Shown here: positions 13,238 through 25,721 of the stretch, piece by piece | Position numbering within the stretch: position 1 is the first letter of the stretch | Layout of the letters: each line of letters opens with the position of its first letter | Assembly: GCF_026210795.1 (NCBI RefSeq) | Contig: NC_089429.1 | Coordinates: forward strand, 7,688,001 to 7,752,000 | Direction of reading: 5' to 3' | DNA length: 64,000 bases | Origin: Rhizophagus irregularis | Taxonomy: Eukaryota | Notes under the pieces: generated by a model | Told to the model about the DNA's origin: nothing | Database searches by the model: none | The model's input: the letters and a program-made list of their open reading frames with translations, nothing else | Made by a program: the position numbers and the translations under genes

Positions 13238-13830
13238 CTAAAGTCTACTCTTGCCAACTTCTTTTTCTTCTTCTTCAAATATGTTAATACTATTGACGAA
13301 TTCATTTAATTCCGTGAACGACTCATTTTTGATGAATTCGTGTATCTAAAGATCAAGTTTTAAAATTAATGTACTGTACAGTATGTACTATTTTATCATT
13401 TATTTAAAAGTTAAAGGAAAATTAAAACGCCTACTTTTTTTGAAGTACGTTCGTTTAGTTTTATCATTTTACTGGGAACTTTTTCTGGAATTAATGGTTG
13501 TACGGCTTCGTCACCATTTTTTTGCATTTCGGTTGCTGTTTCTCTTAAATGCTTAAAAAAATCGGCCAATGATGGATCTTGGGAAAAGTTCCCTATATAG
13601 TGTAATTTTCTCCCCGGGTTCATTTTTTTGATGGCTTCAATATCGACGGGATTGTAGACAATACCAGGCTTTTGCGGGTAATTTCTTAAATAGTTCAAAA
13701 ATTGGGGAACTACTTCTTTGTGAAAATCGTAAGGGGCTCCGGTGGGATTATTGATAATAATAGGGATTTTATTATTACTCATTAAAAACGAGTTATTTCC
13801 GTTGACGATCTCATCTAAGTTTTCAGACAT
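13238..13830 (-). CDS. Two-exon orphan protein, 167 aa, ending in PTS1-like -SRL (exon 1 13830-13435, intron 13434-13346, exon 2 13345-13238)
   Basis: Phase-0 donor GTAGGC after ...RTSKK, an 89-bp AT-rich intron ending CTTTAG, and an in-frame second exon IHEFIKNESFTELNEFVNSINIFEEEEKEVGKSRL*. Confidence 0.75.
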
Positions 13831-15928
13831 TGTAAATTAGGTATGTAAATGGTTTATTTTTGTGAGAGTGGGATGTAAAATTTACAATATTGGAATAAAA
13901 ATTCAAAAGTACCAACATGCCAAAAATTGAGGGATTAAATAACGAATTTTTTTTTTATTAAATCAAAAATTTTTTCAGCAAGTGAACTTCAACGTGTGAT
14001 TTCTTGAAACCAATAACATCGCAAGATATAATCCTATTTTGATCTATTCATAGCTATAATATTGAAAGGAGAGAAATAATTTTAGAATATTCTTTTTGGA
14101 CTTCTATTGATCGAGAAATATCGATGATATCATGATAACATCATAACATTCGTATGATTTTTCATTGATCTATAATGAAAGAATGAATGTATTACGTACC
14201 AGCTTATTTTGAAATATCATTTATCAAAATTTTATTTGTATTGATTATTTTTCTTTGATAAGATGATAAAATTGCTTTATTTAGGTTACAAGAAAGAATG
14301 CTTCTAAAATAAATGATACCATATGATCAATTTTAAAACGTAAATGTGCATTTAAATATAGTAATCTCAATAACGAATTTGTTCTTATAAAACCTGATAG
14401 AAACAAGAGATGCATTATCTGAAAGAATTTTTGCATGTCATTGCCATTGGATCTTATCTAATTTCAATTCTTAATTGAATATTGTTATTGTTGATGATCA
14501 TAATGTTTTTTGGTCCTAATTTCAAAATTGGAAAATTACAAATTCCGTGTGAATTCCGTAAAATAATGAATGTTTTGTCTTTTGTAGTATATTATATATA
14601 TGTTGGCGTAAATAACTTTATTTTTACTGTATCACACATACACACTATCAATTTGAGTGTATATCGATTATCAATGAAACCCATCAAAGTTATATTGAAA
14701 ATAAGAAAAATATTAAAATATTAAAATATAACAATTTCTGCGGTCTAGAAAAAAAAAGAATGTATTAATATTTGGTTTATTAATAATTTAATAAATAATA
14801 TATCAAATTAAACTAAAGTTGTATTCATTTTATCACCAAGCTAGCTTACTAATTAAAAATATATATATATATATATTATTATATTAAAAATCAATTATAA
14901 AAAAAATTTTTAAAATAAAAATTCCCAGATGACCAATTTTTAAACGCCAACATGCATTAATAATCATTTGTTTATTTTTATAATAACTACATAAAAAATC
15001 ATTATCAATAATTATCTAAAAGAGCTACATCTAATATTACTTTATAAAATTATATTTTATGGATCGAATTTTATGTTACGGGTTATTATAGCTACTAAAC
15101 CTCAAGATCGGCCAATATCAATTCTTATTTTTTAGTTAGTCTTAATTTTAAAATTAGTAAATTTTCAAAACTCCGTGAGAATTCCGTAGAAATTTATTAT
15201 ACTTATTGAAAAAACCTTTGATAATTTCAATATCGCTATTCGCTGGTGTAATAATCCTAACTTTATTTATACTGTATCACACTATCACAAATCTAAATTT
15301 TGTCAATCAAGTTGTGAAAAAACAATGGAAACTACTAAAAATTTATGCATATTCATTGGATGATAACCCAATTTCTTTATTTGCAAATCATTTTGTCAAT
15401 CTAAAATGATGTAAACCAAAATGAGATTTGTGCCACGAAAATTTTAAATGTTAAAATATTCGAATTTTATTGGATATTCAAAATAAATTCATGATCGATT
15501 CACGGGCTCACGCAGCGCGTCAATTCCATCTCCATAATCTGTATGATAATTTCTTATTTTATTACAAAAAAAAAAATTTTTTTTGGCGGCAATATTTTAC
15601 TTTCAGCCACGAATTTAATTAATTTTTAGTTTTATTTCAAAAAATTATTAATATTTAAATTTTTTACAATTATGATAAAAAAAATAAATGGATTTCCCTG
15701 AATTTATTACGTTAATTCTGAAGTAAAAAATTCGGCTATTCAGTTTATAATTCATCAGAATACTCCTTCACCCTCATCATAACATTATTTATTTCTACGA
15801 TTAGAAAAATTGGCCTGACCAGAGATTGCTGGAAATACCTGTATCGATTACATTTCGGAAACCTTGCTCTAGATAACAGAACTTGGCATTATAGTATGAC
15901 TGATATAAGGCCAACTAAATAAAATTAT

Positions 15929-16113
15929 GGTCGTATTCATTTTACCGACAATCATTTCACAAATGTTTCACCGACAGGGTCATTTCGTAGACAAATGTTT
16001 CACCGATGATCATCTCAAAGTTAAGGTTTAGATAAGAAAATTAGGTTGGATTAGGATTTAAAAAAATGACTGTCGGCCTGTCGGTGAAATGATTGTCGGT
16101 GAAATGAACCAGG
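15929..16113. mobile_element. 185-bp non-autonomous element with TTTCACCGACAA inverted subterminal arrays and an 8-bp TSD
   Basis: AAAATTAT flanks both sides (15921-15928 and 16114-16121); CATTTTACCGACAATCATTTCAC on the left pairs with GTCGGTGAAATGATTGTCGGTGAAATG on the right; TTAGG-like core. Confidence 0.75.
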
Positions 16114-16473
16114 AAAATTATTTGTTTTTTATGAAAAAACAAAATCCTATTAACCTGGCCAATTGGAAAAAAAATTTATTTTAAAAAAATGAACAAATCG
16201 GCCAATTTAAAAATTAATATTATTTTTGAATTTTTCCATTCAAATAATATATTATCCGGTAAATCCGTGAAGATATTTTTAAAATTTGTGTTAGTTACTC
16301 AGCATTGTAACACAAAATAAATTTGTGATCAGATCTTGACACTTTTATATTAGATCATTTTCATGTATTTAACCAAATATACATAAATTACGTAGTAAGT
16401 GTACGTAAATTCTACACGCCATTTTATTTATAAATTTGTTTTTTTTTTAAAAAAAAAAAAAAAAAAAAATAAA

Positions 16474-17901
16474 ATGGAAAAATTAAATATTGATTGTCTT
16501 AGTCTTATTTTTAAAGAATTACGAATAGATAAAAAATCATTATTTTCCTGTATTTTAGTTAATAAAGAATGGTGTCATTTAGTAGTTCCTATATTATGGG
16601 GAAGTTATTCATACATTAATTGTGAGAGTGCAAAAGAAAAATATTCCAATGTTATACTTTCCTGTTTACCAACCTCTTCAAAACAACTTTTATTCGATAA
16701 TAAGATTATTTTACCCTCAAAAAGTCTTTCAAAATACCCAACTTATAATTATGTCAGTTTTAGTAAATTTCTTAGAGTTGAAATTATAGATAATATTATA
16801 AATGTAGTATTTAAAGAAGATAAGGCTGATTGTTCAGATAAAATAAATCTTTTAGAACAAGAAATTTACAAATTATTTATTAGTCAATGTGAAGGCGTTA
16901 AAGAACTGGATTGGCGAACTTCTCAACCTTTAACATCATTTCCAGGGGCTATAACATTTTTCTCTCAACTATGTGCTCTAGATATTGATCTATATTCTAT
17001 AACTTCTGATAATCTTTACGAAATTGCACAAATTTGCAAGGGTTTGAGTGAATTAATTATTAATAGTTGTTCTCATGATATTCCTGGATTAATTTCTTTA
17101 ATTGATGCGCAAAAAAATTTAAAAAGTATATCGTTTGATTTTAATATTAAGAAAGGGTCATGTGAGGAACTAAGTAAAGCGTTAGCGAGAAAGGGCAGTA
17201 CAATTAATTATCTTTCGTTATATGGTTCAGTTGGTGTTATTCCTCATTCATTTTTAACATCATTCACCAATTTAAAAGATTTAACAATTTATTATGATTG
17301 TGAAAGTTGTGAAGAGGTTAAAGAATTCCAGAAATATTTGGCAAAATCGAATTTTCCAGAACTTCAGTTCCTTGAAATTGACGATGGCTCAGCATGCTTT
17401 AAGGAATTGGCAATGTTAATTGAAAAAACAAAAGGGTGTATTACGGATATTTCTGTTTATACATCTAGTAAATCTGAGAATACAGGAATGTTACTTAAAG
17501 CAATTTCTAATCATTGTCCGAATATTAAGAACTTAAATACACATATTGGATCTAGAGATTTGGTTTATGTAAAATCCATATTAATGAATTGTGGAAATTT
17601 AACAAGTTTATGTCTTAATAGCTTTGAAAATAGTGATATATTAGGAGATGAATTGTTAGAGATTTTAACTAGATATTCCCCAAAAGATTTAACTGATATA
17701 ACAATTAGCGGGTATTTGGAATATTCTATTAATGCCTTTATAAAATTTTTTGATAGTTATAAGGGGCGTAGATTACTTTATTTTTATATCAATAATTATA
17801 ATAGAGAGCGCATTACATCAGGACATTTAGAAGTTGTTAACAAATACCATAGCGATGGGATAATTATAAGTTCAAATCTTTTACTTTACGATCATCTTTA
17901 A
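16474..17901 (+). CDS. F-box domain / RNI-like LRR protein, 475 aa, intronless
   Basis: Start moved to the ATG at 16474 (MEKLNIDCLSLIFKEL...LFSCILVNKEWCHLVVPILW); the track's upstream extension reads through a poly-A tract; LRR-like repeats follow. Confidence 0.9.
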   Translation: MEKLNIDCLSLIFKELRIDKKSLFSCILVNKEWCHLVVPILWGSYSYINCESAKEKYSNVILSCLPTSSKQLLFDNKIILPSKSLSKYPTYNYVSFSKFLRVEIIDNIINVVFKEDKADCSDKINLLEQEIYKLFISQCEGVKELDWRTSQPLTSFPGAITFFSQLCALDIDLYSITSDNLYEIAQICKGLSELIINSCSHDIPGLISLIDAQKNLKSISFDFNIKKGSCEELSKALARKGSTINYLSLYGSVGVIPHSFLTSFTNLKDLTIYYDCESCEEVKEFQKYLAKSNFPELQFLEIDDGSACFKELAMLIEKTKGCITDISVYTSSKSENTGMLLKAISNHCPNIKNLNTHIGSRDLVYVKSILMNCGNLTSLCLNSFENSDILGDELLEILTRYSPKDLTDITISGYLEYSINAFIKFFDSYKGRRLLYFYINNYNRERITSGHLEVVNKYHSDGIIISSNLLLYDHL

Positions 17902-18176
17902 CTTGGTTTATAGCGAACTTCTCATCACATTATTACGTTTAACTCTTCAAATATCCTTCTTTATTATAAAAAAGCTGGGTAAAATCAGTAGTTATATTGA
18001 GGTATTTTTAATATAAATAAATTTGTTTTATTAGCTAACGATGATGTAACATAAAACGAACACTTTTTTTTTTATATTATAAATATTATAACAATTTCGT
18101 ATATAACTATTTATTATATATATATAACTTTTTTTTCTTTTTTTCTTTCTTTTTTTTTAAAATAAAATAAAATAAA

Positions 18177-18271
18177 ATTGAAAAATTAAATATTGTTTGC
18201 TTTATTCTTATTTTTAATGAATGTGAAAATCATAATATTATCGTCTTTTTGTTAATAAAGAATGGTGTCAC
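18177..18271 (+). pseudogene. Truncated copy of the F-box N-terminus of the adjacent gene
   Basis: Reads IEKLNIVCFILIFNE...VNKEWCH versus MEKLNIDCLSLIFKE...VNKEWCH at 16474; ATG is replaced by ATT and the copy is frameshifted. Confidence 0.8.
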
Positions 18272-19169
18272 CCATTTACTATATGATATTGTGAGCGTGC
18301 GCGGCAGAATGAGCGCGACACGTAATTCATTTTTTTATGTAAATCATGACTACTAACACATCAATCAAGCTGAACGCCACCGACTGCTGCTCCATGTGCG
18401 GGCGCATTACTAGAGGCCTTTCGACCGTTAGAATTTCGGCGTGTTGTACCACTCTATAAAAAATTTTTCAGAAGAATGATCACGTGTCTGAGTTACTTCG
18501 GAATAAAAACTAGTTATCGGAGTTTTTTCCAGAATTTTTTTATAGGGCCAGTCTCCAGGACTTATGGAAAAAAATTTAAAAAGATTCGCCTAAAAATTAA
18601 TTAAAATTTTTAATTACCTCAAAAGAAAAAGTAGGGACCGATGAAAAAGTTACGGGTACCTGCTACAAGAAGCGATGGATCAACCCTGTAATTAACAGGT
18701 TGAACCGTCAGTTCAAGGGTAACCCGTCGCAATAATAGCAGGTAACCCGCAGCTATTAACAGCGTCTACCCGATGTAAAGTATGTCGGAGCGGCTTGCCA
18801 TATTAGTAATGATCACCGCGCGGTGATTTTTTGACGCTTTTCTCTCGAAAATACTGATTCGATAAATTTTAATTTGAGTTTAGGATCGGCCAATCACTAT
18901 ATATGCGTGTATTGCCACTATTTGTTCTATTTCGGCTATATTTAAGTAAAAATTAGCGTTAATAGCAATAGCATAATAAATTTTTTATTTGATACATTTT
19001 TTTAAATAATAATAAATATTTTTAAAAATAATTTGAATCATATCACATTTTTATATTATTATCATTATTATATTTATTAATATTTATAAATAAAAAATAT
19101 AAATACATACAAAGTATATACAAAAAATATATTAATATAATGAATAGCTGAACTAACAACTTTACTAAC

Positions 19170-19366
19170 ATACAGCGTGTAAAAAATCTCTTAAGCAAGA
19201 GAAATACCAAAAAAAATCAAGAATAAATTGAAAATTCTGAATTTGCTTAAAAAAAAAGGATATTCACTGATACAGCGTGTAAAAAATCTCTAAGAAAATA
19301 CCAAAAAAAATCAAGAATAAATTGAAAATTCTGAATTTGCTTAAAAAAAGGGGGGATATTCACTGA
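19170..19366. repeat. Tandem duplication, ~100 bp x2
   Basis: TACAGCGTGTAAAAAATCTC...GGATATTCACTGA occurs twice back to back. Confidence 0.9.
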
Positions 19367-20394
19367 ATATATTCTGGTACTAATAAAATTTCCTAGAAAT
19401 CTAATATGTCATATCCAAAAAAAATTTCTGGAATCTAAAAATCTTTCTGGTTTTACAAGGAATCTTTCAGAAAATCTGGCAAATTTTGAATAGATTTTAT
19501 AATTCACGACCCAATCATTGCATAAACATACTAAAAATTGTATGTTTTGATGAATTTGTTTTCATTGTAAATAATCCACATTTTAGGAATCATCACGAAT
19601 AAATCATTGATTACATTTAAATTTAGAAGCCTACAAAAACTAATATAATTAAATAAAGTTTTTTTTGTTTGAATTAAGTGAAAAATAAATTTAATTTATT
19701 TCTTGGCTCACCTGATAAATAAGCAACGATTAAATGATTTAAATCTCGAAATTTCCTCTTTCGATATATTAAATATTTCCAAGGATTTCTCTCCATAGGA
19801 TTGGGAAAATCAAGTTTATTAACTAAAAGACAAGAATGAAAAGTATTTTTATTTATTTTTTAAATTTTGTTATTATTTTTTAAATGTTGTTATTATTTTT
19901 TAAATTTTTATTATTTTTTAAATTTTGTTATGTTGTTTTCTTTTTTTTATGGTGTATATTTATATTGTTTTGTGATATTCATTGTACAACTCTACTTTAC
20001 TGCCTACGGATACCGTTATAAGCCCGAAGTGTTGCTTGGACGCCGCGACGCCACGTGCCGGACAGATAAATAAGACAGCGCCTTCGGCACTTCTAAGTTC
20101 TAACTAAATATAGTTAGTAGTTTGCAACAAGGATCAAGATATTATGAGAGTACTTATTGGACGAACAAAAAATGACTTCAAAGACAATCACTTATAAATG
20201 GAATAACCTTATTTTTTTTTATCATTCCTATATTTATCGTTCATAAATTTGAATGATAATAAGCATCACAGATGAAATTTGAAAGAAATCATTGAAAATT
20301 ATTTATAATAACTTTCAATTTGGAATATTACTGCGCCTTAAGAAAGAGTTAATAAAAATTTGGTTACTAATTAATAATATACAAACTAAATATT

Positions 20395-20900
20395 TAACAG
20401 AAAATGGCTTAGTATTTAATAAAAAAAGGGCTTAAATTTTAATAAAAAATAACTTGGGATTTAACAAAGAATGTTAACATTTAACAAATGTGGCTTAATA
20501 TCTAACAAAAAATGTAGCTTAACGAAAGTGGCTTAGTGTCGGATAAAAAAAAAGCTTAGTGTTTAACAATAAAAGCTTTGCATTTAACAATAAATAAAGG
20601 CTTAGTATTTAACAAAAAAAGGCTTAGTGTTTAACAGAAAAATGCTCAGCATTTAACAAAAGAAATGCTTAGTAATAACAAAAAAATGCTTATTATTTAA
20701 CTAAAAATGCTTAGCATTTAATTAAAAATGCTTAGAGTATTTAATTAAAATGCTTAGAGTATTTAATTAAAATGCTTAGAGTATTTAATTAAAATGCTTA
20801 GAGTATTTAATTAAAAATGCTTAGCATTTAATTAAAATGCTTAGTATTTAATTAAAACTGTTTAGTATTTAATTAAAAATGTTTTGATATTCAGCAAAAA
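20395..20900. repeat. Minisatellite, ~20-23 bp unit (GCTTAGTATTTAACAAAAAAT-like)
   Basis: More than 20 degenerate units, with near-perfect TGCTTAGAGTATTTAATTAAAA copies at ~20729-20818. Confidence 0.9.
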
Positions 20901-23389
20901 AGGACTAATTTTTTAATTTTAAATTTAAATTATTAATATATACAGTATGTGTCTATGAGATGTAACATCTTTAGCCCAAATAATTAATAAATTACAGATT
21001 ATATTATAATGATATATGAATACCCAAAAGAATAATACTTACAAATAATTAAATATACAAAAAAAAAATTTAAAAAATAAAATGTTAAAATATTATATTT
21101 GAAAAAATTTATTTTCTATCCCATTTATTTGAGCAACAAGTATATGTGTGATTGCCATATACCTTTTTATAGAGAATGAATTGTTTAATTAATGAATCAT
21201 TAAACACATTTTCAAATATTCCGGCGGACAAAGCAATTTTGAGATTCTGTTGACTTTTTTTTAATTGTCAATAATAAAAATAGAAGCTTTTAAATAATTA
21301 AGCGAAAGTATTACTGCATTAATTTGTTAAAGGCATAAAATAATAAATATAATCTCCACATTTTTTTATAACAATAAAAGAAATCTATAACATTCGCGAT
21401 ATTTAAATTCGATTGGATGGCCTTATAACCATGTGATCACCGTTACATTAATTCTTGAAATTCCAACCACATTATGACTAGTGGCTGAAATTACCTTAAT
21501 TTTAGCCGATCGCGAATTTGTGAAACCGATTTTTACAACCCATCTTTTAGAAGCACAAGAAAACAATTAAGATATTGATGATATCATCATTATCTTTCGC
21601 ATGCCTTTTATAATTTTGTAGGGCGATATCTCCTACACAGATGACGTTCACATTTCATTTTTGGGAAATTAGTAAGCCTTGATGCCCGATGTTATAATTT
21701 AAACATTTCCTGGAGTATTGACCTAGGAAGGGTCAAAATTTCCAAATAAATGACGTGTTTTTAGTCATGTGATGTATGTAGAAGAATATTAAATTCCTAA
21801 AGTTGTCAGTTGAAATCGAGAGTGTTTAATTACAGTATAACGAAAATTATTATAGCCTTGTGTAGTTAAGGAGGTGAGAAAAATACTTGGATCGATACAT
21901 ACATGTTAAAGAGGTAACTTCGTTAAAATAGTTCTTGATATGTATTTTGAATCCAAATTCATAAATTAAAAATATTAATTCTATAATCTGTCATTACTAA
22001 TTATTGCTCCCAGATTGTGGTTGAGCGCTTCCTCTACTAGAAAATAATAAATTTCTGGCATTCCTCTTATAGTAAGAATGTCTAGTCACTTTTATATTCG
22101 GATAATATATGAAATCATGTAACTATTTTTTCAGCAAGAATCTATTCTGATAAACAAAAAAATAAGAACTTATTGATTACAAAATAAATTTTAAGCTCTC
22201 GCAACTCATCTGAATTTTAAACCGAAGTTTTTTTAAACAATAAAGTTTTATTATAATTTATATCTATTCTTTTAAATCATTAAAATATTCTCCAAATTTT
22301 GATTAAGATTAAGTAAAACCATGTGATCTATCAAAAATCACTTTTCTATTAGGGATTAAAAAACTATAAATTGCCCATAATTAAGCCACCGGAACAAGCC
22401 CGTTACAAATATTTTATACAAACATTAAACATTGTTTTTCTTTTTAATTTCCAAATGCTTTCAACAAAACCATCTGTTTACTGATTTTTAATAAGAATTA
22501 TGTGAATTAATATTATTAAAAAAAAGTGGCTTTCGAGGCTTGGTATGAAAATTATTTTACAACCAAAATGGTTATTATGAAAAAAAACAAATTCAAATTT
22601 GGTCAAAGTATATATTTATATATTACATCAGCTTGTAATAATTTTTCCTTTTGAAGTTATATTCATAACTCATATGATTATATTTATGACTTTAATAGCT
22701 AGTCAGAATTATTGTAATGTTTATATCAATTTATATCAATTTTTACAAATTAAAGTAATGTTCTAATACAAAGCATTTGATAAATAAATAAATAATTTAT
22801 TTGTATTTTGTATTTAACTTTTATTTATTCAAATATCAATATATATATCTTTATGCTATTTTTATTATTTTTTAATAAACTTTGTAGTTTTTTTTGTGAT
22901 TCTATCAACCATGTCAGGCTGAGATTAATGTGGCTATGATTAGGCTTTGATGAAATGTGGTAAAATTTTTGATTAAAAAATAAATATAAATAAGCCATTT
23001 GTTTTCCTTTACCCTTTTCTTCTTTTATTTACTTAAATATTTAAAAGTATATATTATATGTAATATAAACATTAATATAAACCTGTTTAAACTCATTTGA
23101 GAATGTATACTGAAAAAAGACCATAATAATTTGAACCTTTACCCTTTTCTTTTTTTATTTACTTAATAAATGTTAAATATTTATTAGAAGTATATATTGT
23201 TTCCCGGAGCAATGCGAATTTATTTATTTTATTCATTTATTTTGTTCTAAACGGCAACAAACTTGGAGGGCACTACTGGGTGTCACGTGACGATATGCAC
23301 GCGTCACGACATATTATTCTTAACTAATGGCAGAAGCTCAGCGAACTTCCGAAGCAAAACTCTGAGTACATTATAGAAAACTCAAAAAG

Positions 23390-25450
23390 AGACTTGTCAA
23401 TTCTCGCAGATAAGGCAAATTAGATTCCATGTGGAGAGAAAAAGTTGAAAACTTGGTCAATTCTTGCGGATAAAGAGAATAGTAAAGTTAAATTAAAGTT
23501 TTACATGGTCAGTTCTCGCGGATAAAGAGAATGGCCAAATTAAAATAAGTTTTACATGGTCAGTTCTCACGGATAAAGAGAATGGCCAAGTTAAAGTTTT
23601 ACATCAATAGGATGAAATTGTAAAATTGGAGGAAGGTGTGGAATTTTAAAGGGAGATGACTACCCGATTAAGAATATTTGGAATGGAAAACTTTGGAACT
23701 AATGGTGATGGATAATAATTGTTGAGTGAGTTAGGAAAAAGCTCAGCAGAGCATTGAAGTAGATCAAATAATAGCAACGCCATCATCATGAACGTCATCA
23801 TGAAATATCGCAGAAATTTAAGAAGATGCGCGTTGTGTCAACTGATGACATGACGATATTGAAAAAAAACAGATGATGGATGATGATCAAATAATAGCAA
23901 CGCCATTATGAAATTTAAAAAGATGCGCGTTGTGTCAACTGCATGGGACAATATTCACCACTGATGACATGACGAAATTATTGAAAAAGATGTAGTCACA
24001 CCAAAATGATGAATGAAAATTATTAAGTTTAATAATCAAAAATTAGGCTTAGTATTTCAAAGTTTTAAATTTGGCATGGATCAGTCTATATGTCCAGTCG
24101 ATTTATGAGTCATATAAATGATTTAATATTTTGAAGGTTTAATTTTGAATATTATTTATAAGATATCAAAGATCATAGGCGTAGAAATTTAAAATGCGCG
24201 TGGATCAGTTTCACCACCAGTCACCAGACCATCATTCATTCCAAAATGATGAATGAAAATTATTAAGTTTAATAATCAAAAATTAGGCTTAATATTTCAA
24301 AATTTTAAAATTTGGAATATAATTAAAAAATTATTTATTAGGCATAAAAAGCCATTATGAATATTATGCCTATTGACTTTCAACCACAGACGCTCATCGC
24401 GAGAGATATATATTACATCTCAAAATATATCTCTCCAAGGTATATCACCCCAAGATATTATGTAGAATCGAAGGGTTAAACCTTTAAATTATTTACGTGA
24501 TCTCAAAGAAATGGGCGCTGTGTCAACAATTTTCACTAAGACAGAGTAGAGTTTAATCAAAGAGGCTAGTCATTCATTCCAAAATGATGAATTAAGTTTA
24601 ATAATCAAAAATTAGGCTTAATATTTCAAAGTTTTAAATTTGGAATTTATTTAATTTATTTAAAAAATTATTTATTAGGCATAAAAAGCCATTATGAATA
24701 TGCCTATTGGATTTCAATCACAGGCGCTCATCGCGAGAGATATATATTACATCTCAAAATATATCTCTCCAAGATATATCACCCTAAGATATTATGAAGA
24801 ATCGAAGGGTTAAAACTTTAGATTATTTACGTAATCTCAAAGGTCTGGGCGCTGCGTCAACAGTTTTCACCCCTGGCAAGATGTTAGAGTTTAATTAAGT
24901 TTAAATAACCTAATCAAAAATTAGGTTTAATATTTCAAAATGTTAAATTTATTAATTTTGAAAGATATTAAAAAATATTAAAAAATATTAAAAAGTTATT
25001 TATTAGAAATTCTTTACGTCAAAAGGCTATTATCAACTGCTTCAACAAAAACAGATCGAGTCCGCAAAATGTAGATCAGAGGCTACTTTCATCATAGGCG
25101 CGGGAAATTTAAAAGGATGCACGCCACATTCAATTTTCATCACTGATGGCAAGATGTCAAAGTTGAATATGAAAGAGTGGATGATGAATGAAAATTAAGT
25201 TTAACAATAAAGTAGCAATTCCGGACTCCTGCGCTAGTCGAAATGTGGACTACTGAATTGGATAACAGTATCAACAACCCCCAGCAGAAACCGTTGACCA
25301 GTATGCATCCGCCATCATTGTCGAATCACCGATGTGTATTGCTCAACAAATTAACACCGGCATTCATTTACCCTGGAAATAACATAATTACAAAAGATTA
25401 AAATTAATATTTCAAAGTTTTAATTTTGGAATATTATTTTTAAAAAAATT
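23390..25450. repeat. Complex higher-order repeat region
   Basis: GTCAATTCTCGCGGATAAAG-like unit x4 (23396-23580); CCAAAATGATGAAT...AATCAAAAATTAGGCTTA at ~24001, ~24241 and ~24579; ~340-bp tandem pair 24230-24570 / 24570-24890. Confidence 0.85.
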
Positions 25451-25721
25451 GAAAAATCTACCGAAAAATTACGGTATTTATTAGAAAATTCTTTACTTTG
25501 TATCAATTCAAAGTAATGGTAATGTATATGTAATTGATATGAGCAATCCCGAGCATATGCTGTTGTTTCATTTCTCCAAGATTATTTAACGTCGCAAATG
25601 GGGAATCTTTGTTAACCAACCCGATAGATGTACCTGGTGATGAATGTAAGATAACATCTCCACCATCTATATAATTTATTGGCTTGTAGAGTCTTTTGTT
25701 GAATTTTCGTAACCACAATTA

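Noticed and set aside
16399..16473. N-terminal extensions in the ORF track (also 30027-30125 and 46879-46953)
   Set aside because: The first two begin at GTG/TTG, two run through poly-A/T tracts, and paralogue comparison places the starts at the downstream ATGs
23198..25384. TGTT...AACA bounded LTR or Ginger-like element
   Set aside because: The terminal match is weak, there is no TSD, and the internal repeat continues beyond 25384
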